Below are positions 40,251 to 54,611 of a stretch of 64,000 bases of DNA, piece by piece. The stretch comes from Octopus vulgaris. Lineage: Eukaryota. The stretch is from positions 39,432,001 to 39,496,000 of the forward strand of contig OX597826.1 of assembly GCA_951406725.2 (NCBI GenBank), written 5' to 3'. Each line of letters starts with the position of its first letter. The stretch's first letter is position 1. Below the pieces are notes generated by a model, which was given only the letters and a program-made list of their open reading frames with translations, was not told the DNA's origin and did no database searches. Made by a program: the position numbers and the translations under genes.

Positions 40251-41789
40251 TCCATAATATAGTAATGTTATAAACAAGCTGAGGTTTGATAGCAGTAGTA
40301 AAATAAGAAACATTAATCATATAACTTCATCATCACCTCCACCAATATTCTATGTCTAATACTGTAAGTTTTTTTCATTGTTGTTTTCCCACTGTAAATG
40401 AATATCAGAATGGAGGTTAAAATTAACATGTCTATCAATATAGTTGAAGATTGATCCTGCTACATCCCAATTTATCCATAAACAATAATGCACTTTTGAA
40501 ATATCCAAGACTGTACTAAACAGAAAATTAAATACCTGTCAAAAGACACATCAGAAATCAGTTGAAATTTGATAATGAAGCCGCTACTGGCCATTAATGC
40601 CCCTGACAGTAGAAATTAGACAGTAATGCGAAATATCTGCGTCGTTCCAGAATATACTGACATCAATCGTTTAAAAGTTTGCTGTAAATACACCTGCGAG
40701 ACAGAGTAATAATAACCATTGAGGAATATCTCCTAGAGGAGAATCCAAATTCAACGAAAGTCTGTCAACAAAAAATACAAGGCAGTGTTCTAATGATAAG
40801 ATTGATTGACGTTATAGCTTCCTCTGAATATCTGGCATCACTAATGAAATCTAGCTCTTGGGAAATAATTATCTGCATTTATGCAACTAATGTACTTTTA
40901 AAAGAAGTATTAATGATACAAGAGGGTTAAATCGCGAATGAGTATGAAAACATATAAGAAGATCGATTGCCACGAATGAAATTAATCGTGACAACTTGAA
41001 ATCACAGGATCAATGTTCGTTCCCATTTCGAATAAACCTAGGGAAAAAGATCTCTTAATACAGCTTAATAAAGTTGATTCAAGACTAAACGAGACCTTTT
41101 GGAAAGATTGTCGAATTGTCTTATATCTGTAGTTTAGCCTTGTCACACATTTTACCTTGGTACATTGTTTCAGGATTAATTTTAGTATACAGGTGTATTT
41201 GTGAATTCCACTGAATTCTTCAAGTAGTTAGATCCTGTGATCAAACAACTGGAGCATGACCTGAGATCCTTGGTGATTGTATTATGATTTATACACCCTG
41301 GTACCCCTATAAAAAGAGATTAACTCACCAATTATTTTTATAGATTATTTGCTAGTTTACTCTTCTGCCCATCGACTTCAAGCTTTACAGTGAAAAATGG
41401 CATGACTCTAATTTATTTCCTCATCTTCTTTCCTCATCCCGAGGCCGTGTTCCTTCTACTAAAGATGACGAATATTATTTTCGGAATTTTTCTTTGGAGG
41501 CACCGACTGACATTAGTAGCTGAAACGGCCGTATGCAATGTTAAAGTTTTGTATTAAAAAATAATTGACCGATGTTGATCAATTTGTTTGTTGATCAAAA
41601 ATTTTCCCCATTTCCTGCTTATTTTAATTTTGATTCCTGATAAACTCTTGTTTATTAAGTTATTGCATGTACCCTATGAGCATAGTGTACTTGCATAACT
41701 ATGCCCGGGGTTAACAGTTAATTGATACCGGTAGTAAGAGCAGATATTCTAATCCCTTACACACACACACACACACACATATACACATG

Positions 41790-41873
<84 letters not shown>

Positions 41874-42224
41874 AATATAAGACGGAAGCACTATGTGGAA
41901 GCCCTTACGCTAGAAAGAGATCCGCATAGGTCTCAACCACTAAGAATTGTTCTCCAGAAAACTTAGCACACCAGAAACGTAAGCGAGCAAGACAAATGAA
42001 AAATAACAAAAATATAGATTAATCCCAAACAATTGTTTCACTATTAATAAATTACGTGAGATCCTCTCAGTAAGATATAATTTGTAGAACTGCATGCCAG
42101 ATATCAACACGAGGTCGAAAATGCATGCAGTTCCACTAATTATATCTGCGGTTATTTTCAAAAGTCCTCGTTTAGGCGCGCTAAATTACCAGAAATAAAT
42201 ACTGCATAAATAATTCACTGCAGT

Positions 42225-42281
<57 letters not shown>

Positions 42282-42289
42282 AAGTATTA

Positions 42290-42815
42290 AAAGTGAAACA
42301 ATGCAAAAGTGAAACTATTTATAACTTACTCCATGGAAGGTTTCACTTTTATTCTTCGAGCTTTGATATACAAAAAGTATGGAAGAGCCTACATAAAAAA
42401 CTATGTCCATTTAGGACCATTTACGCGGAAGCTCTGGGTAAAATGTTTAGTACATGACCATACTTGGGACATATGTAATGTATGTGTAAAGATTGGCGAA
42501 AGTCGGTTGAGAATTGTGGAAATGTATTTCTTCAGTGTTCCCAGTCAATTTAATCACTGTAGCTGGTGGACAGTGGAAATAAATAGACAATAAAAAGATT
42601 AAAAAAACGTATGAAGGACCCTACATACAAAAACTATATCAATTTACGTCCATTTAAGCGGAAGCACTGGGCAAAATGTTATAGCGCATGACCATCCATG
42701 GGACATAAGTAATGTGTGTGTAAATTTTGGTGAAAATCGGTTGAGAATTATGGTTGTGGAAATGTATGTGTTAGTTATTTTACACACGCATACTGTGATT
42801 TATATATACTAGATT
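42290..42815 (-). mobile_element. Helitron-like non-autonomous element with two diverged ~150-bp internal repeats
   Basis: Repeats at ~42385-42527 and ~42617-42766 containing aaa.tcggttgagaatt. Minus-strand start atctagtatatataaa. Confidence 0.5.
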
Positions 42816-43052
42816 TATAATTAAAAAACATGTAGTAAATAAACATAAGAATGTATACTAAATACACAGACCAACAGAAACCACAAAAGGTCACCAACTC
42901 CTCTTCAGTTATAGGCCAGATGGTCAAGCGCCAATTCGACCATTATCGATAATATTCCTTCCACTCTAGAGTCATCGGCAAGAAACTTGTCGGGAATGGG
43001 ACCAAAATATAATAAAACGAGACGGGATCGAGACGAGAACGTTAGTGGACGA

Positions 43053-43208
43053 TCACGGGCTTCTTTCAGTTTCCGTCGACCAAGTTCACTTACAAGACTC
43101 TGGTCGGCACAAGGCCATAGTAGAAGATACTTGGCCAAGGTACCACGTAGTGGAACTGAACCCGGAACCCTGTGGTTGGGAAGCAAGCTTCTTACTACGC
43201 AGCCTGCA
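43053..43208 (-). mobile_element. SINE family A, 5' half
   Basis: gggcttctttcagtttccgtc...gtggaactgaacccggaacc. Confidence 0.85.
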
Positions 43209-45652
43209 CCGGATGTGAATGCATTTATTCGAAATATTGCTCAATGGCTTGTTTTAGATTTGATATTTTTAAGGAAGCTTTTTGATAAAGTGAATCACAG
43301 AAAACTTTGAAAAAGTTATCAAGAAATGTTCAGCGTTATGGTTTCACCTTTAAGTAAATTTTATGTTATGATACCTGTTTAGTCAATGTCGAACACTTTC
43401 CCATGAATATCAATATTCAAGACATTTCGGAGTGAATCTAAATAACTGACATATTTATGGAAAGGGAGAAACTATTTGCATATGAATGTAGAAATAAATC
43501 TTGAAAGCTTCCCATTTATTTTCAGATATTAGCGATACACAGCTAATGAAAAGATACTATTTCCGCATGAAATCAATGTATTCTTTTAATAGTCAATAGA
43601 GATCGGCAAAGAGTTTAGTCAATCATAGCGACCAAGGATATTTCATTATAACGCATATGTTATCAAATAAGTAAGAAGTTTTGGACGTAAAAGGAAGCAA
43701 CGTGAAGCACTAATTCACATCGGTGTACATGCAATCCCATAAACAAAAGTATAAGTGGTGAATCTACGGTACTCGACGATGACGATGCAGTTGAATTACC
43801 TCTGCTTCTGAAATAAACTGTAAGTGGCTAGGCAAACCACCGACTCCACAGACACGTGTACTTTTAAACTTAACGTAATTCTCCGGCAGACTCAGAGTGA
43901 CACAGAGTGTGACAAGGTTGAATTCGCCGAAATATATAATGAATTCAAGATTGTATTTATTTTGCGTATTATTAAACTCAAAAGACCGAATATTCATAGC
44001 TGGAACTCTTTTGATTAACTAACAACAGCATCAAGAAGAATCGGAATGATTGCGATGCGTTGCTAAATATCGCAAGATATTTAATCGAACACTCTAGCAT
44101 TTTTGTCACACAATCAGAATCTTTTAATGGATAGATAGATAAATGATTAAAGGGTTAATGACACAAAATAACGTATTTTATGTGCCTGTGGAAGATTGTC
44201 GGTGATATCGAACTCAGTACTTGGTTGTCTCTTACTCTATCAACGTCATAAAAATGTCAGACTTGAACTCAAATACGCCACATACTTTAAAAAGTTCATA
44301 AGATAAAAATCAAAATGATTCTCTCACTTCACACCAATTTCTTTTATAAAAAACGAGACCGCAAATTTTATTATGTGAGATGTGGTTTAATCATTTATAT
44401 TATTTTCTACTTTACTGAGAAATTATCGATCCTGAGAGAATGAAAGGCAATGTCTACACCAGCAAAGTCTGAACTGAAAATGTAAAGTGATGTAGCAGAA
44501 ATAATGTAGAAAACCCAATGCTCAACCAATTTGACCTCTGCTAAGAAGTCAATGAATAAAAACACGAGTTAATGTTGCAGCGTCTTCAGGGTTGCACGAA
44601 AGACTAGAAATAACACCTTAGTCTCCTCAAATCACATCCTTCATTGTACAAAAACAGGGCATGTTCTTAAAAAACAAAATCAACAAAGGGTGAGTTACAT
44701 CAAAATTCTTGTGATCACGTAACTCTTCTGTCATGGTTGGCTTGGGGGTTGATGAACATGACAACATCGAGTTAAGAAGGATACAGAAAGAAAAAAACAG
44801 TTCAAATATTGAAATAACAACAAAATACAATAAACAAAATTTTTTCTTCTAAACCCTATATAATTTTATTTGCATTGTTTAAATAGTCACAGAAAACATT
44901 TCTCTAGAAAATTACTTTCAAAACGTTAGGTAGATGAATTTTTGACATGAGATAAAAGTTAGATTAAACGAATCCCACAGAAAAAATTATGGGAACCGGG
45001 CAATTTTTACTGCATATTACGGATCATTGACTGTTTTGAAGAAAATTTTGTGACTTCAAAATCTCTTGTTTTAAACCTGAGTTAGTGTTAGTGAGCTGTT
45101 GCGATAATACGGCAACATTCCCGGACGTCAATCTATTTCACAAATATATACATAGATAAATATCCCTTCCTCCACACAGGGCCGGCCTTAGGAGATGCAG
45201 GCCCATTTGAGAACAATTTTGGTGTGTCCCAGGTTCCCGGTCAACTAGCACCTCGGGTTCCCCCCTCCCCACGCCCCGGAGTTATTTTTTTTTACCTCGT
45301 TTTGTTTTCAGGAGCTATCAATTAATCTCACCTAATATACTGCAGAGGACTTTTTCCTCTTTGCGGTATATTAGGTGATCAGAATAGTGGGTGTTTTGTA
45401 TGTTTAATAACTGCTATTTCTAGTATACTAAACAGCCACGTTAAGGACGATCTGCCTTTCAGTTTATTTAAAACAGAGAATAATGCATGTGAATGTATAT
45501 ATAAAGATTTTCTCTTTTGAACAAGAGATAACAAATTTTATCTCACCTCCCTCATTTTTCTCTCTCCGACTATACATACACATACACATCCATTTAGCCT
45601 TTTACGTTTATCATAAAAATTTTTTTTTTCTTTCTTTAATACATACATACGT

Positions 45653-45684
<32 letters not shown>

Positions 45685-45743
45685 ACACACGCACACACAC
45701 ACACACGCACACACACACACACCACACACACGCATATATAAAC

Positions 45744-46024
45744 TACTCTGTTGTGTCTGGGGAGAGTCATTCTCTTTTGGTGCCTTATAATTTAACACAC
45801 CCACCGGTAAAATTTCCATTCATTTCCATCTTTATTTTCCTAAAATTTTCGTTGCATCTTGCAACCTTTTCAATAGTTTTGAGAGTCAAAACTATTGAAA
45901 ACGTTGCAAGATGCAACGAAAATTTTAGGAAAATAATGATGGAAATGAATGGAAATTTTACCGGTGGGTGTGTTAAATTATAAGGCACCAAAAGAGAATG
46001 ACTCTCTCCAGACACAACAGAATA
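45744..46024. repeat. Fold-back inverted repeat (~138-bp arms, 3-nt loop at 45883-45885)
   Basis: Arms are reverse complements with about four mismatches. The right arm continues unpaired to ~46100. Adjacent to (CA)n/(TA)n. Confidence 0.93.
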
Positions 46025-46134
46025 TGCTTCAACACACGAACTCACATAAATAATCTTGCAAACCAAATCCCAAAACGAAATATGTAAAATGAACTTTATT
46101 GAAATACAGCTTCCCCAAAATTAAATACATACAA

Positions 46135-46165
<31 letters not shown>

Positions 46166-46194
46166 TATATATATATGTATGTGTGTGTGTGATT

Positions 46195-46673
46195 CGTTAT
46201 AGGTCTAAGAAACAAGTATAAAAAATGGAGAGATGTTGAAACAGAAATAGAATAGAATTTATTATAAAACTGGATTCAATGCATACGTACGTTTCGAAAA
46301 ACAGTGCAAGAAATTTAAGAAAAAATATTTAAATCATAGTGATTAAAAATATAATTGAAAAAAATAAACAATAAAAAAATTAAGAATAAAAATAAAAATG
46401 AAATTTAAAATTCAATTTATGCTTTGTCATCCTCATCGGTAAAGAATCTTTAGAGGGACATCCAAAAAGTTTAATAAGATGAAGTAGAATGAGATAAAAA
46501 TAAAATAAAATGAAAATGAAATAAGAATAAAGGAACACAGATGAGGTAATTTACAAACCACGTTGTGAACGGGAAAGAATTGTGTATATCAACAATACTA
46601 ATGGTGATAGAGACGAAAAATAAAAATAAAAAATAAAAATATATATCAGTGTGTATGCAAGTGTATATGTGCA

Positions 46674-46709
<36 letters not shown>

Positions 46710-47345
46710 TATTTCTAGAAGAAGTACGAAATTATCAGCTAATAAAGACATTTTTAATACCCATTCCCACCACTACAACTTTGCTTTGTCTAAGACAGGA
46801 TACGACCATGAAATTACCTTTATTTAATCCTGAAAGTATAACACCTACTAATAATAGTAAGAATGAGATTTAAAGTGAGAAGGGGAATACAGGCGTACTT
46901 GGTCGAGAAAACAAACCTACTATGAAAGCATCCATCAAACCCATCACTTTAAATAAAAGATAAGCAACCATAGGAAATAAAACGCTATAACCATTAGGAA
47001 TATTAGTTTACATAATAAAGGTAGTGAGGCGACTGGGTGGCTTATGCCACCCTCTAAAGATAAGAAAAATACTGGTAATATGGCCATACCTAATAATCAA
47101 GTCGCAATTTTTGGAGACATTAAAAGAGCATATAGTTTCCGCCCTTACATACGTAAGCTGTCTGAAAATAATGATTTGATCTGATATAACGTTCCCTTCA
47201 ACAGTGCCATATCCACAAACATATAAGAAATTATTGGCAATTTTAAGAAAAAATGTCCTGCTTCCAATAGATATAACTGATTTTTTTTTCCCGTAAAACA
47301 GTTAGAATCTAATATTCTACCCTCTCCAATATAGGCACCATATCG
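46195..47345 (+). mobile_element. PLE (Naiad-type) remnant with upstream inverted pLTR
   Basis: + strand ISRRSTKLSANKDIFNTHSHHYNFALSKTGYDHEITF (~46710-46825) and LI*YNVPFNSAISTNI...RKTVRI*YSTLSNIGTI (~47170-47342). Opposite-strand hammerhead cassette lies upstream. Confidence 0.7.
46273..46448 (-). ncRNA. Hammerhead motif with ~135-nt AT-rich stem II insertion
   Basis: Reverse complement: GATTCttta CCGATGA GGATGACAAAGCA...TGCACTGTTTTTC GAAAC GTAC GTA tgcattGAATC. Confidence 0.55.
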
Positions 47346-47920
47346 GAGAGGGCAGAATACCATCAAAGCAAGGTAAAATTGAAAGAATATAAAATCGACG
47401 AGAGTCGTTCGTAGGCCAGGCAAGATGCTTAGTGACATTTCTTTCGGATTTATGCTGTGTTTAAACTTTCACTGAGGCCAACTTTATCTTCTATCATTTC
47501 GGCGTCGATAAAATAAGTGCCAGTTGTGTATTAGGGGTCAATGTATTCGACTAACTCCTTTCCACAAAATGTCAGATCTTGTGCGTATTGTAGAAATAAT
47601 TAAATGCATCGTGTTGGCATAATCATTTGTGCATCCGGAAAAATGCTTCGTTGCACTTTTTGTGACCCTTTACGTTCTGAGTTCAAATTCAGCCGTGGTC
47701 AAATTAACCTTTCATTCTTTCAGGCTCGATAAAATAAGAATCAGTCAATCACTAGTGTAATTGAAATAGACTATACTCCTTCCCACAAATTTCAGGCTAT
47801 GCGCCTATATATTAAAAAAGGAATAGTAATATCGTTCAGTGTAGTAAGTTGGCGTGAGCGATAAAGCGCTAGATGTAATGCTAAAGGTCTCTTTCGAACA
47901 ACTCTGCCAGCTAAATGCCT

Positions 47921-47979
<59 letters not shown>

Positions 47980-48251
47980 CCATTCTACTAAAGGCACAAG
48001 GCCTGAAATATGTAATAATGTTTGCTCTTTTATTGTTTGAGTTTCAAATTCGGATCGGTCTGCTTAGCCTTTCTCCACTTCGATCGCGGATAAATTAAGT
48101 AACAACAAAATACTCAATTTGATTCAATTCATAAAACATTCTCCCCAATACAAAATAAACTTGAACTTAGTGAACGAAAAAGAAATTTATATATTGATTC
48201 AATATGCTCCATCGCCATCATTAACAAGACTATATTTTGATATCTTTTCAG

Positions 48252-48334
48252 AATCTCTCTGACTGCCTCTTGTCCCATGAAACTACAAAATTATCCAATG
48301 GACACTCAGGTTTGCCAGTTATATTTACAAAGCT
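48252..48334 (+). CDS. Cys-loop channel exon carrying the Cys-loop, 83 bp
   Basis: tcttttcag | (R)ISLTASCPMKLQNYPMDTQVCQLYLQS | gtgagt. C-x13-C signature, 83-bp conserved exon size, phase 2 matches the upstream exon. Missed by the ORF track. Confidence 0.97.
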
Positions 48335-50557
48335 GTGAGTAACAACGTTATTTAGTGTTATCCATTTGGATATTTTATCTTCAATGACTTTTACCACTAC
48401 TTGTTAGAAAGAAACGCACAAGTTAAACGTTTTATAAAATATAATTAAATCTTAGCTGCGCAGTTAAAAAGTTCAAACTGTATTGACCTATTTCGCGGTC
48501 TGATCAGCGTTCCATGGCATATCAGGCAAGTGTCTTTTACCAGAGTCTCATGTTAACAAATATTTACATGGGGTAGCTAGTATGGGAGATAATGTTCAGA
48601 AGAAAAGGATGTTTGTAATAAGGGTGGAACAGGGAAAGATTCTGGTTGTGTTCGTGAGGTAAGAGGTGAGCTACAAACCAATAAGTCCTTCTTTCCATAT
48701 ATAAGAATTAAAAAAAAATATAAAAGGCATTTCAGTTTATCGCCTTCTACTTTTAGCATTTAGCGTAATTTTGTTCAGTCGGCACTCGGCTAATTTTCAC
48801 AAGGATACAAAATAAATTAAATAAAAATGTCAGTTCCAGTGTATTACAGAGCTTATTTCATCGACACGAATTTTAAAACAAACACTACAATAGCGGGTTA
48901 AATTATAATGTTGTGGAAAGTCTGCACCTAAAAAAAGGTATCATGATACATGCCAAGTAATTTTAAATATATTCTACGTTTATTTGTATTTAAAACAAAA
49001 ACAGAAAGAAGAAACAGTTTTAAAGGAAGTCGATACTGTTATTTGTAATTAGATCAAAACACGATAAAAAAATTTAACTAAGATTCAATATCAATATTGT
49101 ATTTAAGTTGAAACCATAATAACATATGCCTTATTAATTTAACTTTTTAAACATAGAATGAAAAAGAAAAGCGAATTCATATATAATATTTAAGAAACAT
49201 ACTCCTTTGTTTAGGTTTCAAAGTTGAAAAGTTATTTGTTACCTTATTATATAATCTTGTTCAGTAGGCAACTTGTGAATGGAAATACAACTTACGTGCT
49301 TCAGCTGGTTGAATAATCATTCCAAAATTGCGTCAATTATTGGTAAGGTTAGTAAAATGTGGACAGGTTAGAATAAATGGAGCATATGCTATTAGCGATC
49401 ATGATTTTATGTATGTTGATAGTAATTCGACTCTTTAATCTATCAAATGTTCATTATCTCTTTGTGCGTGTCTGTCTTTCTGTGAAATAAACTCTTGTAC
49501 CATTTCCGTTTGACAATGAATGATGTCTGAGTATATATGCTAAAATTTCGAACTTGTTCTCGTTATCTGTGTAGTGAAAATGCTTTGGATCTAAAGTATT
49601 CATTGTAAAGCATTTATCTAAGCCACTACGATTTTTACAATGTAGATTGCTCGTACAGAATGACTGTTCCAGCACATTAAATCATCAATAAACGTTTCTA
49701 GAAAATCGAGATCGAAACGTATTTCCAATCACAAATTAAAACCATTCTTACTCAAGTTCTATAGGTAAGGTACAAACATTTCAATGTCAAGTATAGGACA
49801 ATGGAGAGTATAAGACAATGGAGATCGCTTCTGACTGATAATAACAGCTGCTAGAATTACCAATGAAATTGTTCTCGTATCACCCATTCTAACTCTTTTA
49901 CATAGGAGAATGCATTGGATAATCCTAAATACACCACACAAGACATGATGGTCAAAGGTGAATTCAGTTAGGACTTAATGACGCGACAACAACGTCAGCA
50001 CAATATTCTGCTTTGATAACAGGAAACAAAGGGATTTGACGCGTGGCAAACATTAGAAATAAGTTCTGGAAAATTGCAATTTGATTTAGATCCCTAGTTG
50101 AAGTAACTTTTGTATTTTTTCATAATTATATATTCGCAAAAGAGATGGATGTTAAACATTTCTTCATACATGTAATAGAAAAAGCCTGATGTCTATGTCG
50201 TTAATCAGACTGCACAATGACAGAAAGTGTACAGTGCCAAGCTAAATGGCCAGCAGTATTTACTTCTATTCTACTTCCTATTTTTTATGTTCCTATCGGA
50301 GCCGGTTTTCTCTTTCACTGAGAAAGTTAGGTAAGCGTGACTATCACTCATACATACAAAAGTTTGACTATAGTTTGGGTAATACAATAAGTCAGCTTCA
50401 ACGCTGTCGACTGAAGTCCTATTTAGGAGGAGAATTGTCTTTCAACACGACACAGAAAAACAAGTAAAAGCAGGTCGAAGTATACAACGAGTGTTTGTGT
50501 GTGTGTGCGCGTATGTGTGTCCATGTGAACAGACGAGTAAGTCAATTTCATATATCG

Positions 50558-50615
<58 letters not shown>

Positions 50616-51029
50616 GCCCTGATGCAATACCAGGCACTGGCTCTCATGGCTCCTTATCTTAACTGATTGGAAGTACTACCATGTATAAGTTATGTTTTGG
50701 TATAAAAGAAGGGCTACAACAAATATTCTGTTCAATACCACAAACCACAGCATACACCAAAAACACACAGAATGGGGCTCGGTGGAAGAATTACGACTAC
50801 CCCTAAGTGACTAAAAGCGGACTGACACATTGCTATAAGATAAAAAAAAACTATGAGACAATTATGCCGCGCACGTACGGTTATGATGCATGTGCCTGGT
50901 GTACTTTTATCAGACGGTTAGTCATGGTGGGTATATTGGGCTTTGCATATTTGTACCCCAGTATCACTTTGATGGCATGCGCTGCTCTCTCACTCAGTAA
51001 TAATAATAACAACAACAACAATAGTATTT

Positions 51030-51526
51030 GATACAAAATTGTGGACTTGGAAAAGTGGTACTAGAGACACTTTGTGAAAATGGTGGTGTTATCAAATATT
51101 TGCAGAAAATTGGTTAGCCCTCAAGGGCATTCATGCTACATCAGAGAATGATGCTCCAGCTTTATCAACTGTGCACACAAATCTGTGGTTGCAATGGCTG
51201 ATGTGCTTGACTGTAGCCTTGAACTGGTTGATCACCCTCCATATTCTCCTGATTTGGCACCATCTGACTATTTTCTGTTCCCCGCAACATGAAAAAAACA
51301 CTTGACTGGGAAGCAGGATTGGACCGATGATGAGGTTATATCTGCTGTTGAGTACACTTTTTGAGGGTCAGGATGAGAGCTTATATACCATGGGAATCCA
51401 AGCGCTGCAATACCGATGGAAGAAGTGTAAGGACCGCAGGAGAGACTATATCGAAAAATAAAACAAATTTGGCCAAGTTCGACCATTAAATCGTGGTTAG
51501 CCGATGAACTTTCCAGCGCACTCTCG
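51030..51526 (+). mobile_element. mariner transposon, internally deleted
   Basis: HKSVVAMA...ELVDHPPYSPDLAPSDYFLFP at ~51175-51283. Terminus ...ctttccagcgcactctcg|TA. Confidence 0.9.
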
Positions 51527-51917
51527 TATATATACGTATATATATATATATGTAAATTTGTATGGAAAGAGGTTGTTCTTTCCTTGGGATAAATTTTATC
51601 CAAGCGTAAACCAGTTTCGCTCTATATCGATTAACGATATTGGAAGTTCTATATGTGTATATGTACTAGTGTTTATCGTTGCTCTTATTCGATAGTAATA
51701 TTTTATATTTCTGTTGTCTCAATTCCAGTTGTCTTTGTAGAAGTTTCCATTATATTCGATATGCGAGAAACAAATTCTAACAATAGAAAGAAAAATGGAG
51801 AATACATACATAGGATAATCAATTTATTTATTAATTATCATAGTTAATTCAAATTGTATACGCTGCGTTTCATTTTGTTGCTCCATTCCTATGTATGTAT
51901 TCTCCAGTTTTCTTTAT

Positions 51918-52002
<85 letters not shown>

Positions 52003-52133
52003 ATGTATATACTGTATATATATATATATATATGTATGTATTTATGTATATGTGTATGTATATGTATACGTGTATGTATATGTATGTGTGTATGTATATC
52101 TATATGAGCGTGTATACACACGTGTATATATAC

Positions 52134-52204
<71 letters not shown>

Positions 52205-53253
52205 CGTTATTTATCGGTAGTTTGTTGATATGTCTGTGCTAAAACATCCAAACATGTTCACCAGTCTGTCCAAGATCGATATCCTATTGCTGATGTGTTT
52301 GAGGTGCTTCTGTTGTTATAGCTGCTCATTCAGGTTCTTGTGCTTAACTTTGTGGTGGCTTATTATTATTCTTGTTGTTACTGTTGTTCTTATATTGCCT
52401 TTCGCTAATCTAAGAGGAGGTTGGAGCTCTTAAGTGATATTTTGAATCACAAACGAAATATTGGGGTTTCCTATCCATTAAACCCTTTCAACAGTGCTTC
52501 TATAGAATATACCTATATATATATAAACTTTCCACAAGTAATCACATGATGCTGATGATCGTCTGGTCAAATTTACCATTTTGACACATATTCACTATTT
52601 GAGTTTGCATGTATTTTAACGTGTACAAATTCCAGATTGCGTGTCTCATTACCTCTACCTTTGTTTTAAAACGGTGCAATATAGTAATTTTGTCATACAA
52701 CTTACCTATAAGGAAGTGTGAATATAGAATGGCAGATATATTTTGCCTATGCGTTTACAATTCTTAAAAAATACATTTATATGTATCTAAATTATAGATA
52801 TAGGCAACACGTCAACGTGAAAATTTTAAATTTCAATGATTTTAATATGCCGTGTGATTTGGTGAAACTGACATTAATAGGTAATTCGCTACTTCAAATA
52901 AATTAAGTGCAATTAATGTCATCAGAGCATCTCTATAACTGAAATATTGTACATTAATCACCCATAGAAAGTAGAGAAAGAAATGAGATTCTGGAGAGTG
53001 ATACCTTCACTCTCAGTTAATGAAATTTTGCCCTACTTATTACCCTAATAGGAAATTAAAAAATTAAATATAGTGACACTTATGTAACTATACTTAATTT
53101 TATCGTTCCACTAAAATTAAATGGATTCGTCATTTTATAAACAACGTCAATATATATATATATATCTGGCCGAAATCAGATCGCCATGTTGATTCGCTAG
53201 TTTCTGCACGCATATTTTTTTCTCTCCTTCTTTCTGTGTTTTTTCTCTGTGTA

Positions 53254-53291
53254 TCTTTCTGTTGAAGAGCGTAGGCTCGAAACGTTAAAGA
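53254..53291 (+). ncRNA. Minimal hammerhead-like motif in a ~255-bp (TA)n-flanked cassette (53166-53420)
   Basis: tcttt CTGTTGA A GAGC gtag GCTC GAAAC GTT aaaga. Core variant (CTGTTGA). Related to the 12424-12597 and 59452-59632 cassettes. Confidence 0.6.
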
Positions 53292-54011
53292 CTTGTTTTA
53301 TTTATATTTCCTGAGCGCCATACTAATACAATTGTTTGTTTGTATTCCACCTGCCTTCGTCTTTTGTTTATTTCCGTAAACCTGCCTTCGTCTTTTGTCT
53401 ATTTTCATAAAGCTTCCCGTTATATATATATCGCTATAGAACAAATATATAAAAATCCGGTATGACAAATCTGTGATGCAATTTCGATTTCTGGTTCCAC
53501 TGATTACATTTATGATTTTTAGAAATGATTACATAATGATTTTCAGAAATGTCTGAACATTACAATAAGCCGTTCCACAACGTGTTTAAGAAATACATTC
53601 TAGTACCTTGTCAATGTGAAACTCATGTTTTATATTTGTTGGTAATTATTTCAGAGGGCGCGAGGAACAAGATCATGAATGTCATTATTACAATTGATTG
53701 AGGTTCACTACTGAAGCGAGATGACGTCCTAAATACACTATGGAAAGGCATGCACGATACAGATTCCGCTCACTGCTCACTGAGGCCCTAAAATATTGTG
53801 TTTTAGTTCCTGATCAATAAGAAAATAATAATTAATGATGTCTAATTTAGATTAAAGGGAAACGAAACAAAAATATCATTCATTATTAGTCTACATTTAA
53901 AAGGACTGGGGCATATGCCTACTAATTTCGAAGGAAAAATATCCACTACATAGAGCAAAGTACTTGTTTGATTGGCATTTTAACTTAAAAGACAAATATG
54001 ACTTCAACAGA

Positions 54012-54120
<109 letters not shown>

Positions 54121-54611
54121 TGTGTACGTACAACAGTATTAAACCTGTACTGTGCCTTTCATCATTCTGGAATCGATAAAATGAATTACAAGTACTGGTG
54201 TCCCTTTTATCAACCATACACCTTCCCTCACAATTTTTGTGTCCTTATTTCAATGTTTGGAAACCGTTATAAATAATCAATAGGGTCTTTTTATCCCCAT
54301 AAATTACTGAAACTTTTTCACTTAAAAAATTAGAGAAGTTTGTTCAAAAACAGTATCATTTACTTTAAGCCATTAATTCTAGTTTACTGGTAACCGTTAC
54401 ATTAGTGTAGTTATAAAACCACAGTTGTTTAATTATTCAGTTTGAAGGCCCGACATTTTTAAAAAAAAGTTTATTATGAAAGGCACATGATTTTGATAAT
54501 TAGGTGAAACGAAATATTAGATGTGTATTTATTCTGGTTGTGGTTGACGTTGTTCTTGTTTAGCTCGAAGTCGCTCTCATTGCTAAGAGTTGCCGTTGGG
54601 ATCATCCGTGT

